64,000 nt of DNA, taken from Callorhinchus milii (Eukaryota). Positions 20,556 through 35,889 of the stretch are shown one piece after another. The position numbers and the translations under genes were made by a program. The notes beneath the pieces were generated by a model. The model did not search any database and had not been told where the DNA came from. It was given only the letters and a program-made list of their open reading frames with translations. The stretch covers positions 37,946,001 through 38,010,000 of the forward strand of contig NW_024704743.1 of NCBI RefSeq assembly GCF_018977255.1. Direction: 5' to 3'. Position 1 is the stretch's first letter. Each line of letters begins with the position of its first letter.

Positions 20556-23129
20556 ATCTCAAAAACACCGTGCGTGTGCATTCGAAGCCACTCCGCCCCC
20601 AATGGAGTTGAGTAAACAGCCGACAGCAGCGCACAGAGACTCTGGCGATGAAGAAACTTAATTTTTTTAGGTTTTATTGGAGAAGGTTGTTTATAGAGGA
20701 GGGTGTTGTTTATGGTGGGTTCAGCGGGAAAAATTGCAGTCGCACTTCTCTATTGGCTCAGATCATCAGGAGTGTGATAGTTACTATTCTGTTAGCAACA
20801 CAATAATTTTTGCATTTGGTATAGCATCAGGAGGAAGACATTGAAAAGGACTTCACAGGATTATATTGAAAAGTGGAGTGACTTCTTTGTGGGCAAACAT
20901 GGCTTGCATCTCCTAGCTTGGTTAAATAACAGCTCTTTGGCAGCCACAACTTTCTTACTGTCAGGCACCCATCTTGCATTATCTTCTCTTAAGTGAACGT
21001 TATATTTTCCAAATCCAACACAGCAAGGAAACTAAACAGGCTGCTCGGCTGCTTCAGAGTAAATAAACCAGTGTACAGTTGTGCAACAGTGATTTGGTAT
21101 CTGAACTCTCACGTTATTGCTCCTTCCCAACAATTCAAATTAGATCCAGGTTTGAGGATTTATTTTTAAAAACTGATGCGTGCATACTCAATATCCAGTT
21201 AGATGTCAAAAGAAAAACTGATGGAAAATACATAAATAATATAGAAGACAGAATAAAAAGCTGTAGCCTGTAGCACGATAAATATAAATGAGAAAAATTA
21301 AATGTCAAATATCCGAAATAAAAATACTGAACATGCACAGCACGTGAATCAGAGAAACGCACTCACAAACACATACATACAGACAGAGGAGAGACACACA
21401 TACAGGAAAAATAGGCCAACATTACAAGCTTCATCAGAAAGGTAAAGAGAGATGGTAATAGTGAACAAAGTGGTTAGAAAATATTGCAATATGCACTGAA
21501 AGGGATAGTAGTATTCAAAATACGCTAGATTTCCATTCACAAACACTCAGTATGAGAGAAAACACATAATGTCTATCCTAGCATATAAATATGACTTAAG
21601 CCACAGTGAATGTTACATTTGCTGCTGATGATTAAGAGTATTCACATGATATTGAAAGTGAATGTTCGATGGACCACCAACTGAGTAGCTGAAATGATGT
21701 GTCATTATACGCCAATTGTTTTGTTTAATAAGTCTGCTGGTTTTGTATAACACTAGGCATTCACTACAAAATAGTCACTACACTTTACAGAAAAGCACTT
21801 TAAAATGCCCTTGACATGGAAGGTGCTATGTTAAATGCAAGCATTAATATGGAATAAGATTGTTCATTACATGAAGAGTAACAACAACAACTTGCATTTG
21901 TATGGCACCTTTCACGTCAGGAGGATGTCCCAAAGCGTTGGACAGTCAGGGATCCACACCTGAGCTGGTGATTGGGATCAGGAGGGATGGAGGGCGGGGG
22001 TAGGAGGGTCTATCTAGTAACAGTACTAGTTATGCTAATCATCCTTCTTTGATGTTTACATATTTCCTCAGTATTTTATTGTATAGATAGACATGTTTTA
22101 TATTACACTTTGGACGTTAACAATACGAGAAAGACAAGAAGTATTAGTTTTACAAAGATTGTTTAATTACAAATTTTATATTTTTCAAATACATTATACA
22201 TATCCATCACAGAGCAAGTAGCCTGAGAAATGGTGTCATCCAAATACAGTAGAAAATTCACCGCTTAATTTCCATTCTGTTACGTTTGCATGTCTTAGAA
22301 AAAGCAATGCTGTTTATATTGCCACATTTTACACAATCTGCATTCAACTACTAATGGCAAGAAAAGCACACGTTAAAAAAACAAGAATGTGGGTTCTGTA
22401 TTTAGACTACTAACTGATCAGATGCTCAAGCATATGCAGACTTAATTCAACACAAAACTGTACACATTTGCACTTTTTCTGTTAAAACATACGTACACTT
22501 CTGATGTAATGTAAAACCACCTCTACATTTCAAACCATGGTTTCTATAGTGGTCAAGACCTGTAAAATTTAATAAAACCAGCACAAAAGCAATTCAGCTA
22601 TTTATTATTTAATATTACATTAAAAAATAAAACAGCTCCAGGCATTTCACTTTTGTGGTTCACATCGTGGACAAAATGGAATGGCAGATGCATATATACA
22701 CCTAAATTGTGCTGATGAAAACTCCACACCACCATATATAAAATAACCTACCAACCATTGTTAAATAATGAAAAACAAATGGGGAAAAGTCCTTCATTCT
22801 GTCCAGTGTAATGCAGACTCTACTCTGCAACCATTCACAGAAGGGTTCCTCCAAAATCGAAAGCAAACGGTTCTGTACACTTAAAGCAGCAAAAACTGTC
22901 TGCAGGGGAAAAAATCTGCATTCCGCTGTATTCTGCTATCTCAATGGATTGAGATTGAGATTTACTTCATAGTCCTAATTTTCAACATTTTTTTTTAGTT
23001 CCTTTAAATTACAATGAGTGCCATAATGTTCAAAGTAAAGCTTTAGAAATTACCTCCCCCTTCAAAATCACCATTAGGTCATTAGGTTCCTAGTATCTTG
23101 CCTTATTAAATTCCAAGATGCAATATGCA

Positions 23130-23248
23130 TCATACATCAAGAAAACACCTGGATTGCTTCCCCATTTTCTCTTTTCGTCTCTCCAGCCTCTTTATGATCT
23201 CAGAGACTATGCAAACTGAGGAAGTAAGCCCCACTAGAAAAAGAAGAT
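23130..23248 (-). CDS. ATP2C1: ATP2C1 (SPCA1 Ca2+/Mn2+-ATPase) terminal coding exon
   Basis: [25 protein letters not shown]...FLDV*; TAG acceptor. Confidence 0.92.
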
Positions 23249-23751
23249 CTAAGAGAGAAAGGTAGAGTACATTATTAGTACATTATGAAAAATGCAAGCA
23301 GCTTTGTGATCTCATATTCATAACTAAGATAAAGGGGTCAGCATTGAGTGGGGCTTTGAAATACTGCCCACACCATGTTCAACAAAATATTCCACATTAC
23401 TTCATAATATATAATCATTATAAATTTCTGTACCATTCTAGATTAATCTTAATATTTCTTAATTTTTTAAATATTTATGATACCGGTTGGAGTTACTATG
23501 CCATTGTATAGGTAGTTTGTCAAAGCCAGTACTTGAGGCAAAATCCAGATTAACTTTTAAGAAGATATTAGAGAAATATTTAAAACAAAGAAATATAAAA
23601 GATATGGTGGAAAGAGGGAAAGAATGGGAGATTCATATCTGAAATGACAAATGTCAAATCAACGGGTCACGATAGCTAAATGTTAGCATTAAGTTAGGTA
23701 CCTTAAAGGAAAAGGCCGGTCTGATCATTAAACCAATGGGCAATGTCTTAC

Positions 23752-23893
23752 CTAGAATACTGAGGCTTTCAGTCTGAAAAACTTTCTGGAGCGGTGGGAA
23801 GTAAATAACCAGCAACTGTCCCATGATGGACCCAAGAACGGCGTAACAAAACATTCGGTTGCTGCACAACCCGATTTCAAAGATAGATTTTGT
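23752..23893 (-). CDS. ATP2C1: ATP2C1 exon
   Basis: [51 protein letters not shown]. Confidence 0.93.
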
Positions 23894-24040
23894 CTTGCAG
23901 GGCAGGAGAGGAGGGGAAGAAAAGGAAGAATATTTCAGGCATTTATTTCAGGTCACCAAGAGCTAAGATCATAATACATGAACATTTACTTTGACATATT
24001 TCTAACTTGGATATATTTTATGTTTGATCATTACCTCTAC

Positions 24041-24350
24041 CAGACTTGGGTCCAAATCCAAATGCATTTGCATTTGTGTTTAAATGTGCTCAGACATAAT
24101 ACAGACACACACACACACGTCATAATGCTTTTTGTAGTTGATATTGCTTTTGTTGATTTATTTCTGACTGAAGAGAAAATGCCACATTAGTATCCAGTAC
24201 ATGTGTAAATATATTTGACTTTGGACATAACACATTTGGATTTGCATTTAAGTGTTACTAAATGGTGAAGCATTGGATTTGCATTCGTAAGATTACAAAT
24301 AATTTGCATTTACATTCACGTGCACTCATCTGCACTTGAATCCAAGTCTA
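24041..24350. mobile_element. Putative non-autonomous DNA transposon (MITE) with imperfect ~17-bp TIRs
   Basis: Left CAGACTTGGGTCCAAAT vs reverse complement of right end TAGACTTGGATTCAAGT; repeated ATTTGCATT motifs; no clear TSD. Confidence 0.55.
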
Positions 24351-25481
24351 CTGAGAGCCTCACCTACAAAACTATTCAATGATGCATTCTGTTCCCAGAA
24401 AACATATTTCAGATACCTATTTGGGCACCTTTCAGAGCATTAATGCAGTGAATCAATGGAGCAATAGATTTTAATGTATGTATATGTGGTTCTCTCTTGA
24501 GGAATAGTAAAGAATTATTTGGTGAGAAGGGAGGCTCACAAATAGATAAAATTGGCCAGTTTTAAATTAGTAATCTCTGATTTAAAGCAAGTGACCATTT
24601 GAATTATAGCACATGAAGTTAATCAGCCTATGATCTGAGCCTATAACCTCCACCAGAGGCAACAACTTGAATCCCAATTTCCCTTGTTTTATATCATTTC
24701 AGTCTGAAAAACACCATTCCTCACACTTGCATATAAATCACTTCATGCCCTGGCACTCCACTACCTCTGACCTGCTTACAACCCACTCCGCTAACTACCC
24801 ACTTTGCTAAGGTGGCCCTTGCCTTTTAAATATTAATGGTACTCTTCGCTCCACCATAAGAGACCATGCTTTCAGCTATAATGTCCTGAAACTAAGGATT
24901 TCTCTGCCTCAATCCCTCCCCCTTCCCTCCTCTTTGCTTATTTTCAGTTTACACACCAGACCTTCAACTTTGACTGTACCTACGGTCACCAGACAATTCC
25001 TCCTCTCCCTGATTCGGATTCAAACTCCACTACTTTTAAGCACTCTGAGATGCTATTCCACGTGAAGGGCGCTATATTTTATTATATTTATTATATTATA
25101 TTTAAGTGTCTTTCCAATTTTCTTTCAAATATTTGTCTGTTTCAATGGCCGTTTGTAATAAGGTGTTTCATAACTTAATGAACTTCTACATGAAAATATT
25201 TCTTCTAAACTGCCCTTTAATTTTTTCCAGTGACAATCTTGAGTTTATACCCCTTATCAATTTATTAACCATTCCCTCACTATTTATGCTCTCACAATCT
25301 TTCACCTTCATAAGCAAAACAGAAGCAAAGTACCGTATAAGTCTTGTTTGCTTCTCTAAATAACTTTTTTCCTCCCGTACAATAGCTTTTCAGTACATAT
25401 TTTAATGCAAAATAAATCAGCCATGAAATTACAAAAAAAACGTATTTGTTTCCTGGTTACTGAACTACATCAATACACTCA

Positions 25482-25607
<126 letters not shown>

Positions 25608-25982
25608 CTAAGAAATCCAGATGGACAATTCAAAATCAATGCTAACACACTCTGTATTTTATAGTCATTTTAAAAACGGGTTGTTTATAGAAGACTAAAA
25701 CCTCTCAACTGCCTTATCTAATAACTGAATTGAGTTCCCAAAATAAAAAAATGTAAACATTTTTTTTGTTAAGTTTGAATTTCTAGTTTGCTTTAAGGAA
25801 AATATAACCAGTACATTTTATCCAAACTTATTCAAATCCCTAACTGCACAGCACCTTGGGACATCCTACCGCCGTGAAAGGAACTATACAAATGTAATTT
25901 GTCGTTATTGCTATATTGCTATATTCCTTCATGCTAACAGGTAAAATGAATTCAGTTCATTGATCCAGTTGACAATCCTTAC

Positions 25983-26130
25983 CTCTCTCCAGAAGACGAA
26001 TAATGTCCCAGAAACAATCATCAATGAAGAAACAAGAATTTTCACAATGAGACTTCTGGTCAGAATACTGTCCTTCACATTTCTTGGGGGTTGTCTAATA
26101 ACATCTTTATCAACAGGTTCTACTCCAAGG
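25983..26130 (-). CDS. ATP2C1: ATP2C1 exon
   Basis: [24 protein letters not shown]...[13 protein letters not shown]. Confidence 0.93.
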
Positions 26131-26865
26131 CTAGATTAAAAAGAATACAGCATAAACAATTCGACTGCCACCGTGTATTTACTAGAATTCCAGAATACTG
26201 CAATGAAATATTCAAAAAAGAACATTGACGCAAAAACTTTTATTATACAGAAAGCGACTTTTGAATAACTTGTGTGTGCATGCCACTATTAAACATCAAG
26301 ACCCAATTCACTGCATACAGGCAGACAACTGTGCAGGGTGAACTGGTTATCTTGGCCTGGTTCTAAAGTAGGTTGGGATTTGATGAATCCAAGCTACTGC
26401 TTGGCTCGAAAGCACTCAGAGTTGCTACCCGGCGTGAAGAATTCAATGTAAATGCAAGTTGTTGTTGCACAACGCAGCTCCACTGTATCAGCTTCAAATC
26501 TGCTTCAATTAGGAATCAGTTATTTTTAGCCATTTTAGCAAATTTGTAATCTGTTATATTAATAAAGATTCTTGTGTTAACATGACATTTTTGAAATTTA
26601 ACACTTGGTAGAAACTTTAGGAACTTGATACTATTTGCAGAATCATGACCATTTTTTGTTTATCAAAACCTGAGATTCCTCTAACTTGAACCTTAAGTGG
26701 GAGCCAGATACATGAACATCATTACTAAGAACAGTGTAATGGTGGGGGGGGGAGAAGAAGAGAAAGCAAAGGGGTAAAAGAGTGAATAATTGCTATTCAA
26801 TGCTTTAGGAATGTCTAATTTTAAACCACAGACTCCTTTACCTTTACATTAGTCTTCTGTTCTTA

Positions 26866-27021
<156 letters not shown>

Positions 27022-27274
27022 TCAGCATTTTTAGGATAATACTAACACGCATTTAAAAGTATTTTTCTCAAACCGTTTTTTCAAGTGGTCCTTATTGCCC
27101 CCCAGCCTTGCTTGGCAACAAACCCCGTCCCTGTAAAGGCTTCAGGACATTGCCCTTTGTAAAGGACATCATGTATAAATGCAAGTTACTGTTTATTTTC
27201 CAAATTTACAATTTCAGTTAAAATTGTTCCACTTGCACTAACAAATTACAACATACTGTCACAAGCTGTACTCA

Positions 27275-27364
<90 letters not shown>

Positions 27365-28358
27365 TTAGAAACATTGATTAAAATATTGATAATGGAGTCA
27401 AACTCAATAGATCACAAATAAAGCAGTAAAAAAAAATGTTTTTGTTGTGGAAATGGCAGCTTTTAACACACACTGCAACTTATTGTAGTTGCCGCAATGT
27501 GTAATAACTGGTGTGTAATGACTAGTGATTAACACTCTCATTGGCCCATCAACCTGTCAGTAGGATGGGTTGATGGACAGGTGGATTGTCTAACAGGTGG
27601 ACTTACTCAAACTGGATACTTATATGTGAACTCCCTGCACCAAAACCACAACTTTAAACTGTGATCGCAACTTTTGGACCAAAAAATCAAGACATATTCT
27701 AGATCAATGAATACTAAATCCATACAGATAATCTAGAAAAACAGCTGATCTGCAAAACTCACATGCTTCACTATCAGTGCCCCATGAAACACCACAGCGA
27801 TTGCAAACATTTTATGGCATTAGAGAATCAATTGGGATTTAGACATTTTTAAACTTTTCATTTCATTTTTCACTTTTCATTTAAGAAACTGGGCAATATA
27901 TACCAAGATAATACAGCAACAATTTGCATTTATATAGCGTCCCTCATGAAGGGTAGTGTTCTAACTCCGAGCTGGGAGGAGGGGGAAGGCGACCGTAGGC
28001 AAGGTTGATGAGGAAGGTCTTCAGGGGCAAAACGGGGATAGAGGGGGTAAGGCGGAGGGATAGCATATTGGGAACTCCCCTTTGGGAAGAGACCATTTAA
28101 TGAATAAGTTTTCTATATTTTAGGTCTTTCTTTCATTTTTGCCAGGAAACAAAATGAGAAACCCCTACTTCACTATTTTGGTAATTCACTGTGCAATAAA
28201 CAATGTTGTTATCAGTTCATAGCTCTGTGTACATTACAAATACGGTTTCACTTAATAAAGTGCAGGCATTTTGTTCACTGTCTTTTATGGGAATGGCTGT
28301 GTAAAACATTAAGCAGTTGATTGTCCAAGGAATGGTAAGAGCAAAATAAAACAACTTA

Positions 28359-28880
<522 letters not shown>

Positions 28881-29689
28881 TTGATAATTATCAGCCAATT
28901 ATCCTGCAGCTCTTCTTTTTGGAAATTTGGAACTCTCCCCCGAAAGGCTATGGATTCTGGATCCATTCATATTTTCAATTATTTTTAGGTAAGGGTATCA
29001 CGGGATATGAGGCAATGACGGTATTTGGAGTTGAGGTACAGATCAGCCATGATCTTACAGAATGGCGGAAGAGACTCCTCTGTACCTGTGATCCTATGAT
29101 AAAAAACATTCATCATCAACATGCTGGGAAACATGATATTGAATCTTAATTCTCCCTGTCTTCCCACCACTGTAGTTGGATTAGAAACTGCAGTGGAACT
29201 CTGTTATAACTCAACGGTCAGGGTCTGTAAATTACGACCAATGCCATGTAACTAAGCAGTGACAGAGGTGTACTGGGGGACATTTCAAACACTTATTTCC
29301 TGGGCAGTGGCATTAAAAAAACACTATCTGGCACTAAAAAAAAGGCCAACTTCAAGTCATCAGGTCTCTGCTGACATCACTTCCTGTGCACTAGAAGTGA
29401 AATCAGCGACAATATAAGTACCAAAAAGTTGGCCACTTTTGTGTGATTGTAAATGGGCTGTCTACACAGTGAATTGAGTCCACATCACAAGATCTTATAA
29501 CTGAATTAGTGCTACAAAGAAGCACATTACAGCAGGACTATGTTGAGTCCAATGTTAATTTCTTCTTGGTGACAAACTGAGGAGCGCAGGGAAGATGCAT
29601 CTTACATTATATGAGCATGGAGACTTCAGGAATAATATAGTGGGGTCTAATTACGATTTCCAGTTTGCCGGCATCATCCCCACCATCCA

Positions 29690-30640
29690 AAAAAACCTTC
29701 CTATGATTCATCACTTTTCTCTAACTGCAGTCCCATCTCCAAAAATTACTTTTCTTTCCTGGAACAAGTCATTGCTTCTCAGCTTTGTCTCTCCATTCCC
29801 TGTACAAATCGGGTTTCTGTGCTGCTCAGATTACAGACACAGCCTTGGTCAAAATCCAAATGACATTCTGTCCATCTCTCTGGGTTTCTCTCTGCCTTCT
29901 CGTCCTTCTCAATCTCTTTGCCATCTTTGACACTTGATGACCACCTTATTTGTCTCCACTGCCTCTCCTCTGAGGTCCAACTTCACAGTTCTGTCCTTGC
30001 CTGGTTTCACTCTTACTTTCTCATAGTCTCCACTTTGTATTTTCTGATAGCTTCTCCTCCAGCCCTTGCACAGTCTGATGTGGTGTTCCTCAGAGCTCTG
30101 CCCTTGGCCCTATCCTCTTTAATATTTACATGCCCGCACTTGGTGATATCATCCACAGACATGGGGTCAACTTCCACATGTATGCGGCTGACACCCAACT
30201 CTATCTCTCTGCTTCCACCCTCGACTCCAGGACCACTGCTATGCTGACGGAATGCGTGTCAGACATCGTCCTGGATGAGAGCTAACTTCCTCCAGTTGAA
30301 TGTGAACAAGACAGAGGACTTAATGATTGGTTCCCATCAGCTTCTCGTCACTTCAGGTGCTGACAGCATCATTATTCATGAATAAGCTCTCCACCTCGCT
30401 GAGCCAGTACGGAACCATGGTGTCTTGTTTGACCCTCAATTGTCCTTTAAATACCAAATCATGTCTCAACTCATTCTGCCTTCCCACACCTCCGCAGCAC
30501 TGCCCACCTCTGCCACTACCTCTCAGGTTTCCAAGATCCTCATTCCATACTTTCATCACATCCAGGCTTGTCCATACTAACTCCCTACTCATTGCACTTC
30601 CTAACTCTTCCCTCCACAAGATGCAGATTATTCAGAATTC
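29690..30640 (+). mobile_element. Degenerate L2 LINE RT fragment
   Basis: Colinear with the 62936-63960 RT; 'FITSRLVHTNSLLIALPNSSLHKMQIIQNS'. Confidence 0.8.
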
Positions 30641-30799
30641 TGAATTCAGAAAGTTGGTGTCCTCTGCCGCAGCAAGCTCCACGATAATAGTGATTGATAA
30701 TAGTGCTACCAACTGAGCTAAACTAATCATTACAATACATAAAGCATTTTTAAAAAAACAAAGTAGACAAAAGTTTTTTGTAGGAAAGTGTCCCAACTG

Positions 30800-31480
30800 A
30801 ATCTATTTCACAAGACTGGTCTGGATGAAGAAGGCTCTTCAGCCCAACTGATCACATGTCCTTCCAGAATACCCACAATAGCTCCCATCACAGCATCAAG
30901 CTGCTTTTTAGTCCAGTGTTTTGATCTCAATCACCCTTCCTGGCAACCTGTTCCAGTTGTTAATTATTCCCTCAGGTAAAGAAAAACTTCTGGGTATCTT
31001 TCTTGAAATTCCTTTTACAACTGTAAACGTATGTCCTCTTGTTCAAATGTCTCAATAATAATAATTCTTGCATTTGATGTAGCACCTTATCACATCTTCG
31101 AGACATCTCAAAGCGCTTCACATGATTCACTGTAAAGTGGAATGACTTTATTTTGTGGGCGAAACGCGGCAACACAGCGACATCCCACAAACAGTCTTTG
31201 TGTATTCTAAAGTATTGATCTGGCTTTACTTTCTCAATCCCATTTACAATGCTTCACACATCTACAAGGTCCACTCTTGAGACATTTTCATCAAACCTGA
31301 AGAGCCCTACCTTGTCCAATCATTTCTCATAGCTCATCCCTCTAACTGGGGATCATCCTTGTTGCTCTCCTCTGCATTGCCTTTAGAGCCTGGGCAGCTC
31401 CCTTATGTCGTAGTGAGCAGAACTGTATGCAGTATTCCAGATGCAGCCTCACCAGAGCATGGTGTAGCATGAGCATGGGG
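30800..31480 (-). mobile_element. Degenerate CR1 3' fragment interrupted by a Deu-SINE tail (~31055-31195)
   Basis: CR1-like ORF2 C-terminal sequence (resembles 44950-45540) flanks a SINE tail. Confidence 0.55.
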
Positions 31481-31586
31481 ATCTGAACTTAACTGATTTA
31501 GTTGCACCCATTTGCCTTGTTTAATGTTATCTCACGCTGTTTTAACATGGTGAGTGATAAAGTCAGCTAACACTAACATTGTTTAC

Positions 31587-31637
31587 CTTAATGATCTTCA
31601 GCTTGTGCCTAGGACTGGATCTATAAAACACTGCCAC
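31587..31637 (-). CDS. ATP2C1: ATP2C1 exon
   Basis: VAVFYRSSPRHKLKIIK; GT-AG. Confidence 0.9.
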
Positions 31638-32397
31638 CTGTGAGAGGACACAACATTTAATACAATAGTTTAGGCAGATCTCAATAAAGGCATCATCAAG
31701 TTCATATCACGTAAAAGGTTTAAACTCCTCTACAGCAAAGACCTATTTTAACATGGTGGTTGTGGGTCCATAAAATAGCAAGCAATGATATAATGGCCTG
31801 CGATCACCTGTCAGCGCTTCATCATTCACTGGACATGCGTGCAGAAAGCCAGCTAGCGTCCTGGGATCTGCTGGCTTTGTGTGCTAAAAATAGCTAACTT
31901 CCAGTTGTGGAGAATATACACGAGCATGAACTAATTGAGCCAATGGCCCATTTCCGTGCTGCACAATCTAGGTAAATCTATGTAAATCAGATCCTCAGTG
32001 ATATCACTTCCTATAGGTTGCCAAAAATGATGTACTGTACTGTTATACTGTTCTGGTGAGACAGGCTAGATGTTTTAGCACTAGTTAAAATAACATTGAA
32101 TTGTAAAATTCCATGTAAATAATTGAGGGCTGTCTGCATGTACAGACTACGCAAAGCTGAATGGAGCAAGCATAAAATTGAAAGTAAACGCTCGAGTTAA
32201 TGAAAGTAAAATGACGAGTGATAAGTTGATTATTCAATAATAACTTTAGCACTGTAATCCCGATAATACTTCAATGCTGACATGTTCTTTTAAATACACC
32301 TTACACGTAGTGTGTTTATGAACTCTTCTTTCATGAATCTCATTTTTATCATCACTACAATGCAGAAAATAAGCATTTTATCAACTACATTGCATAC

Positions 32398-32495
32398 CTT
32401 CGGGGCAATTTGTGATAGTTCTTGAATATCAAGTGAATCTATTTCTTCTCCAGATATGGTTTGTGAACCCTTGAAACATAAACCCAAACGAGTGG
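32398..32495 (-). CDS. ATP2C1: ATP2C1 exon
   Basis: [36 protein letters not shown]. Confidence 0.92.
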
Positions 32496-33079
32496 CTGCA
32501 CAGAATACAAAATATTTAAAAGAGGTCAATGAATATTATTGACATTAATATCATGCACGGTATCTATTGCTAACCAGCTAAACATTGCACAACAAAGAAC
32601 ATTATATGTTTATTCAGTATATTTTTTCTATAATTCAAGTGATTGATCATTTTAATTCAATTATATGACTGACCTCCATTTACTGCAGTGATCAAATGTT
32701 CTAGTGGTCTGAAATTTTAGATGTAACCTCTGTAAGTTAGATGAATATATGGGAATCATAGATCACTTTGTTAGGGACAATTGCCATATTAGCTTTAGTT
32801 TATATATTGTAGCTAATTTTGTATTTCTCCGCTACGTTTTGAAATATTTTATTTAGTTTATCTGACTGCCTCCAATTTTTATTGGATACATTCAATGGAT
32901 GGCCCTCCTAGTACCACAGTCGCAGTGTGGCCTTCATGGCTGTTTGTGAGCAATTACAATACACAAATTAGCTCCCAAGTCTATAATAATATTATATTAA
33001 CTGTTTTTGAATAATACCATGGCTTCTTTAACATCATTGGCTGCCTATAAAATAGACAGCACTGCCCTTCACAATAAAT

Positions 33080-33440
33080 CCTGTACTTGCACTTGACATA
33101 GCACTCCACAAAATGTCTGAAAGTGCTTCGCATGATTTTTACTGTGAAATGCAGTAACTGAATATTTTGCAGCCAATTTTCCCACAGCAATATTCCACAA
33201 ACAGCCATGAAGCGTATGACCAATTTCATCTGGAGGATTGTTAGCCAGGAAACTGTTTTCAAACAGGCTTCTGTAACATCCTTAGTTTAATGTTTCATCC
33301 ATAGCACGGAATGCTCAACATTGAAGCATTGCACTGAATTGTAGTGTCAGCATAAACTATGAGCTCAAGTCCCAACGTAGGGCTTGAGCCCACAACCTTC
33401 TGACTCAGAGGGCACAGTGTGACTAACTGAGCTGGGCTGC
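33080..33440 (-). mobile_element. Older Deu-domain tRNA-SINE
   Basis: tRNA-like head at ~33375-33440 (reverse of CACAACCTTCTGACTCAGAG) plus Deu core and tail. Confidence 0.7.
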
Positions 33441-35602
33441 GAGGTCAGAAGAAAATAATCTCCACGTGTTGATGCAAGTACCTGCAAATTACAAATGTAT
33501 AAATTACCAGGAAATACAGCACAAAGGAATCTAAGTACTGAAATCTTCTAGTACATATTTATATCATTAGGAGGCAAAATTACTTTCTTACTCCTCTGAC
33601 ACAGGGAAAGGAAGAAAGGAAAATTAAAAATAGGAATTGCAAAACCATTGAAAACAAAAGCAATTTGGTGGGAAGACCATTTATATGAAAAGAATTTCAG
33701 CAACTCCCATCATGAAGTGAATAATACATTGTTTTTTGCAATTATCTATACCTCAGAACCAATTCCTGGTATATGCAACCTATCTAGTGAGGTCTCAAAC
33801 CCGCACTTGTCAGATGTCAAATGACCAAATAACAACTATCCTCCTTGGTGGGGGGGGAGGGGAGGAGGAGGAGAAAAGGCAGGCAGGGTCCCCGAGCAGC
33901 TGAACTGGTTCCAAGGTGACATGTTTGACAATGGAATTTCAGAATTGAGTCCACCCTTTATGGCGGCCTCAGTAATTCAGTTCTTGGCTCACCAGCAGGA
34001 CTTGGAAGGGCAGACCAGTCACTGGGGGCATTTCATCAACCTTTTCAAATATATATTGCATACAATGCATACAGATGGTCAGAGAGTCAAATTTAATTTC
34101 CATAAATTGTTTCTAGGAAACAAAATTCCAACATTTTATGATTTCATCAGCCTCTTGGCAAATATTAATCCAATTAATAAGGGATGCTGAATAACATAGT
34201 CATAAGGTAAGAAGCTCATTTGGAATATGTTCAAAAGGAAGATATCTAGAAATAGAACCAGAACTTTTATCAGTACCAAAAAAAATCTTTAAGCACTGGA
34301 TTGTGTCAGATATCCACCTTACCCCATCCCCCCAAAAAAATCTAAAAGATCTTGTCTGGAATCTACACGACAAATTACTGTATTTGAACTTACTGAAAAG
34401 CTAATGCTGAAAGACACTGCATCTTTAGAAATAATTAGTTTCAAGCTGTTTGTTTAAGTAAGTCTAATTTGAAGCATGCTAGACTAATCCTTCAACAGAG
34501 TTTTTGAGAAACATTGGAGTAATCAAATGAAATAATAGCAAATGACCCGTGGTCAAACATCTTAGGATACGTTAGTCACAGTTCACTTAGCAGTGGTAAG
34601 TTGTACAGAGCTTAACTAGAATTAGCTTTGAAATTAATATTTCTAAAATGTTGTCACATTCCCCTTCTGAAAATGAGCTTTCAGCTACATTAGGTTTCTT
34701 TCCCAGCCAATATTAAATGTTCGAAATGAATTTGCTAAATTAATAGGTTTAAATTTATATAGCACAAATCGAAAACATTTAACTAGAATATGTCATCCTA
34801 CATACTCTCTTCTAGTTCACAAAAATATATCCTGTTTGAGATTAATTTAAAATTATTATTTAGCCAATTCAAACTCCGTACTCTTCTAGTGGTTAGAGGA
34901 GAGAAATAGTTGAGAAGCTTTACCATAAATTGCTATGAAATTATTTCTTATGTACTTCTGATCAATAAAAAGATTTTGTTTTTCAAAAATAGTTTTACAA
35001 AATAAGCTACTCCTGTGTTGCAGTGATTTATATTGAGGCATGTTCTTCCTTACTGCTTCGATATAACATTTTGCTCTTGCATTGCAAAACTAATAATGTA
35101 TTATACGCAGGTTTCTATGAGCTTACTGAAGTGACTAAACAATCTAGGAGAACTGTAACTGACTGTGACAGGGGCACTTGAAATTTCCTCCAAATACAAA
35201 GTTTTGAAATTAGTTTTGATGTGCATTTTCTAATAACTGGACATAAACAAACTTATAACATGGAAATAGTTTGCTTCATTACTTTTCTTGACGTTTGCGA
35301 CCTAGGTCCAAATAGTGAACAACAAATATGCAGGGTTACCGATCATGATATGGTAGTAATGTTATAATAATTCACAGCACGATTATTTTGCACCCTTCAC
35401 GTTTGGTAATAATAATAATAATCCTTGCATTTGATATAGCGCTTCTCAGAGCACTTTCATATCTGGAATTTCATATCTGCAACAGATATATTTTCCTCTT
35501 TGTAATGAAGCAGACGGGGCACCTGACCATTACAGTGAAGTGCCTTTTGGTTCACTATACATGCATTGTACCTCTTAGTACAATATTGAGCCGTATAATT
35601 AC

Positions 35603-35773
35603 CTATGGCAACTGCTGTCTCTTGTGAATCTCCAGTGACCATTTTGATTGCAACCCCGGAGTTAATCAGTGTGGTGACTGCTTCTTTTACACCTGATTTT
35701 GGTGGATCAATCATTCCTACCAGTCCCAAGAAGGTGAGTTGTCCAAGTTCAGGTCCAGACGCTAGAGCGAGGA
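35603..35773 (-). CDS. ATP2C1: ATP2C1 exon (DPP, TGD motifs)
   Basis: [32 protein letters not shown]...[17 protein letters not shown]. Confidence 0.95.
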
Positions 35774-35889
35774 CTGAATAGGAAGAATGCCAAACACTAC
35801 TGTTATCCTCCACATCCATTTGTTCAACATCATGACATCATCTCCAAATAAAAATAACTATTACACAATTGTAAAAGAATAGGCATCTT

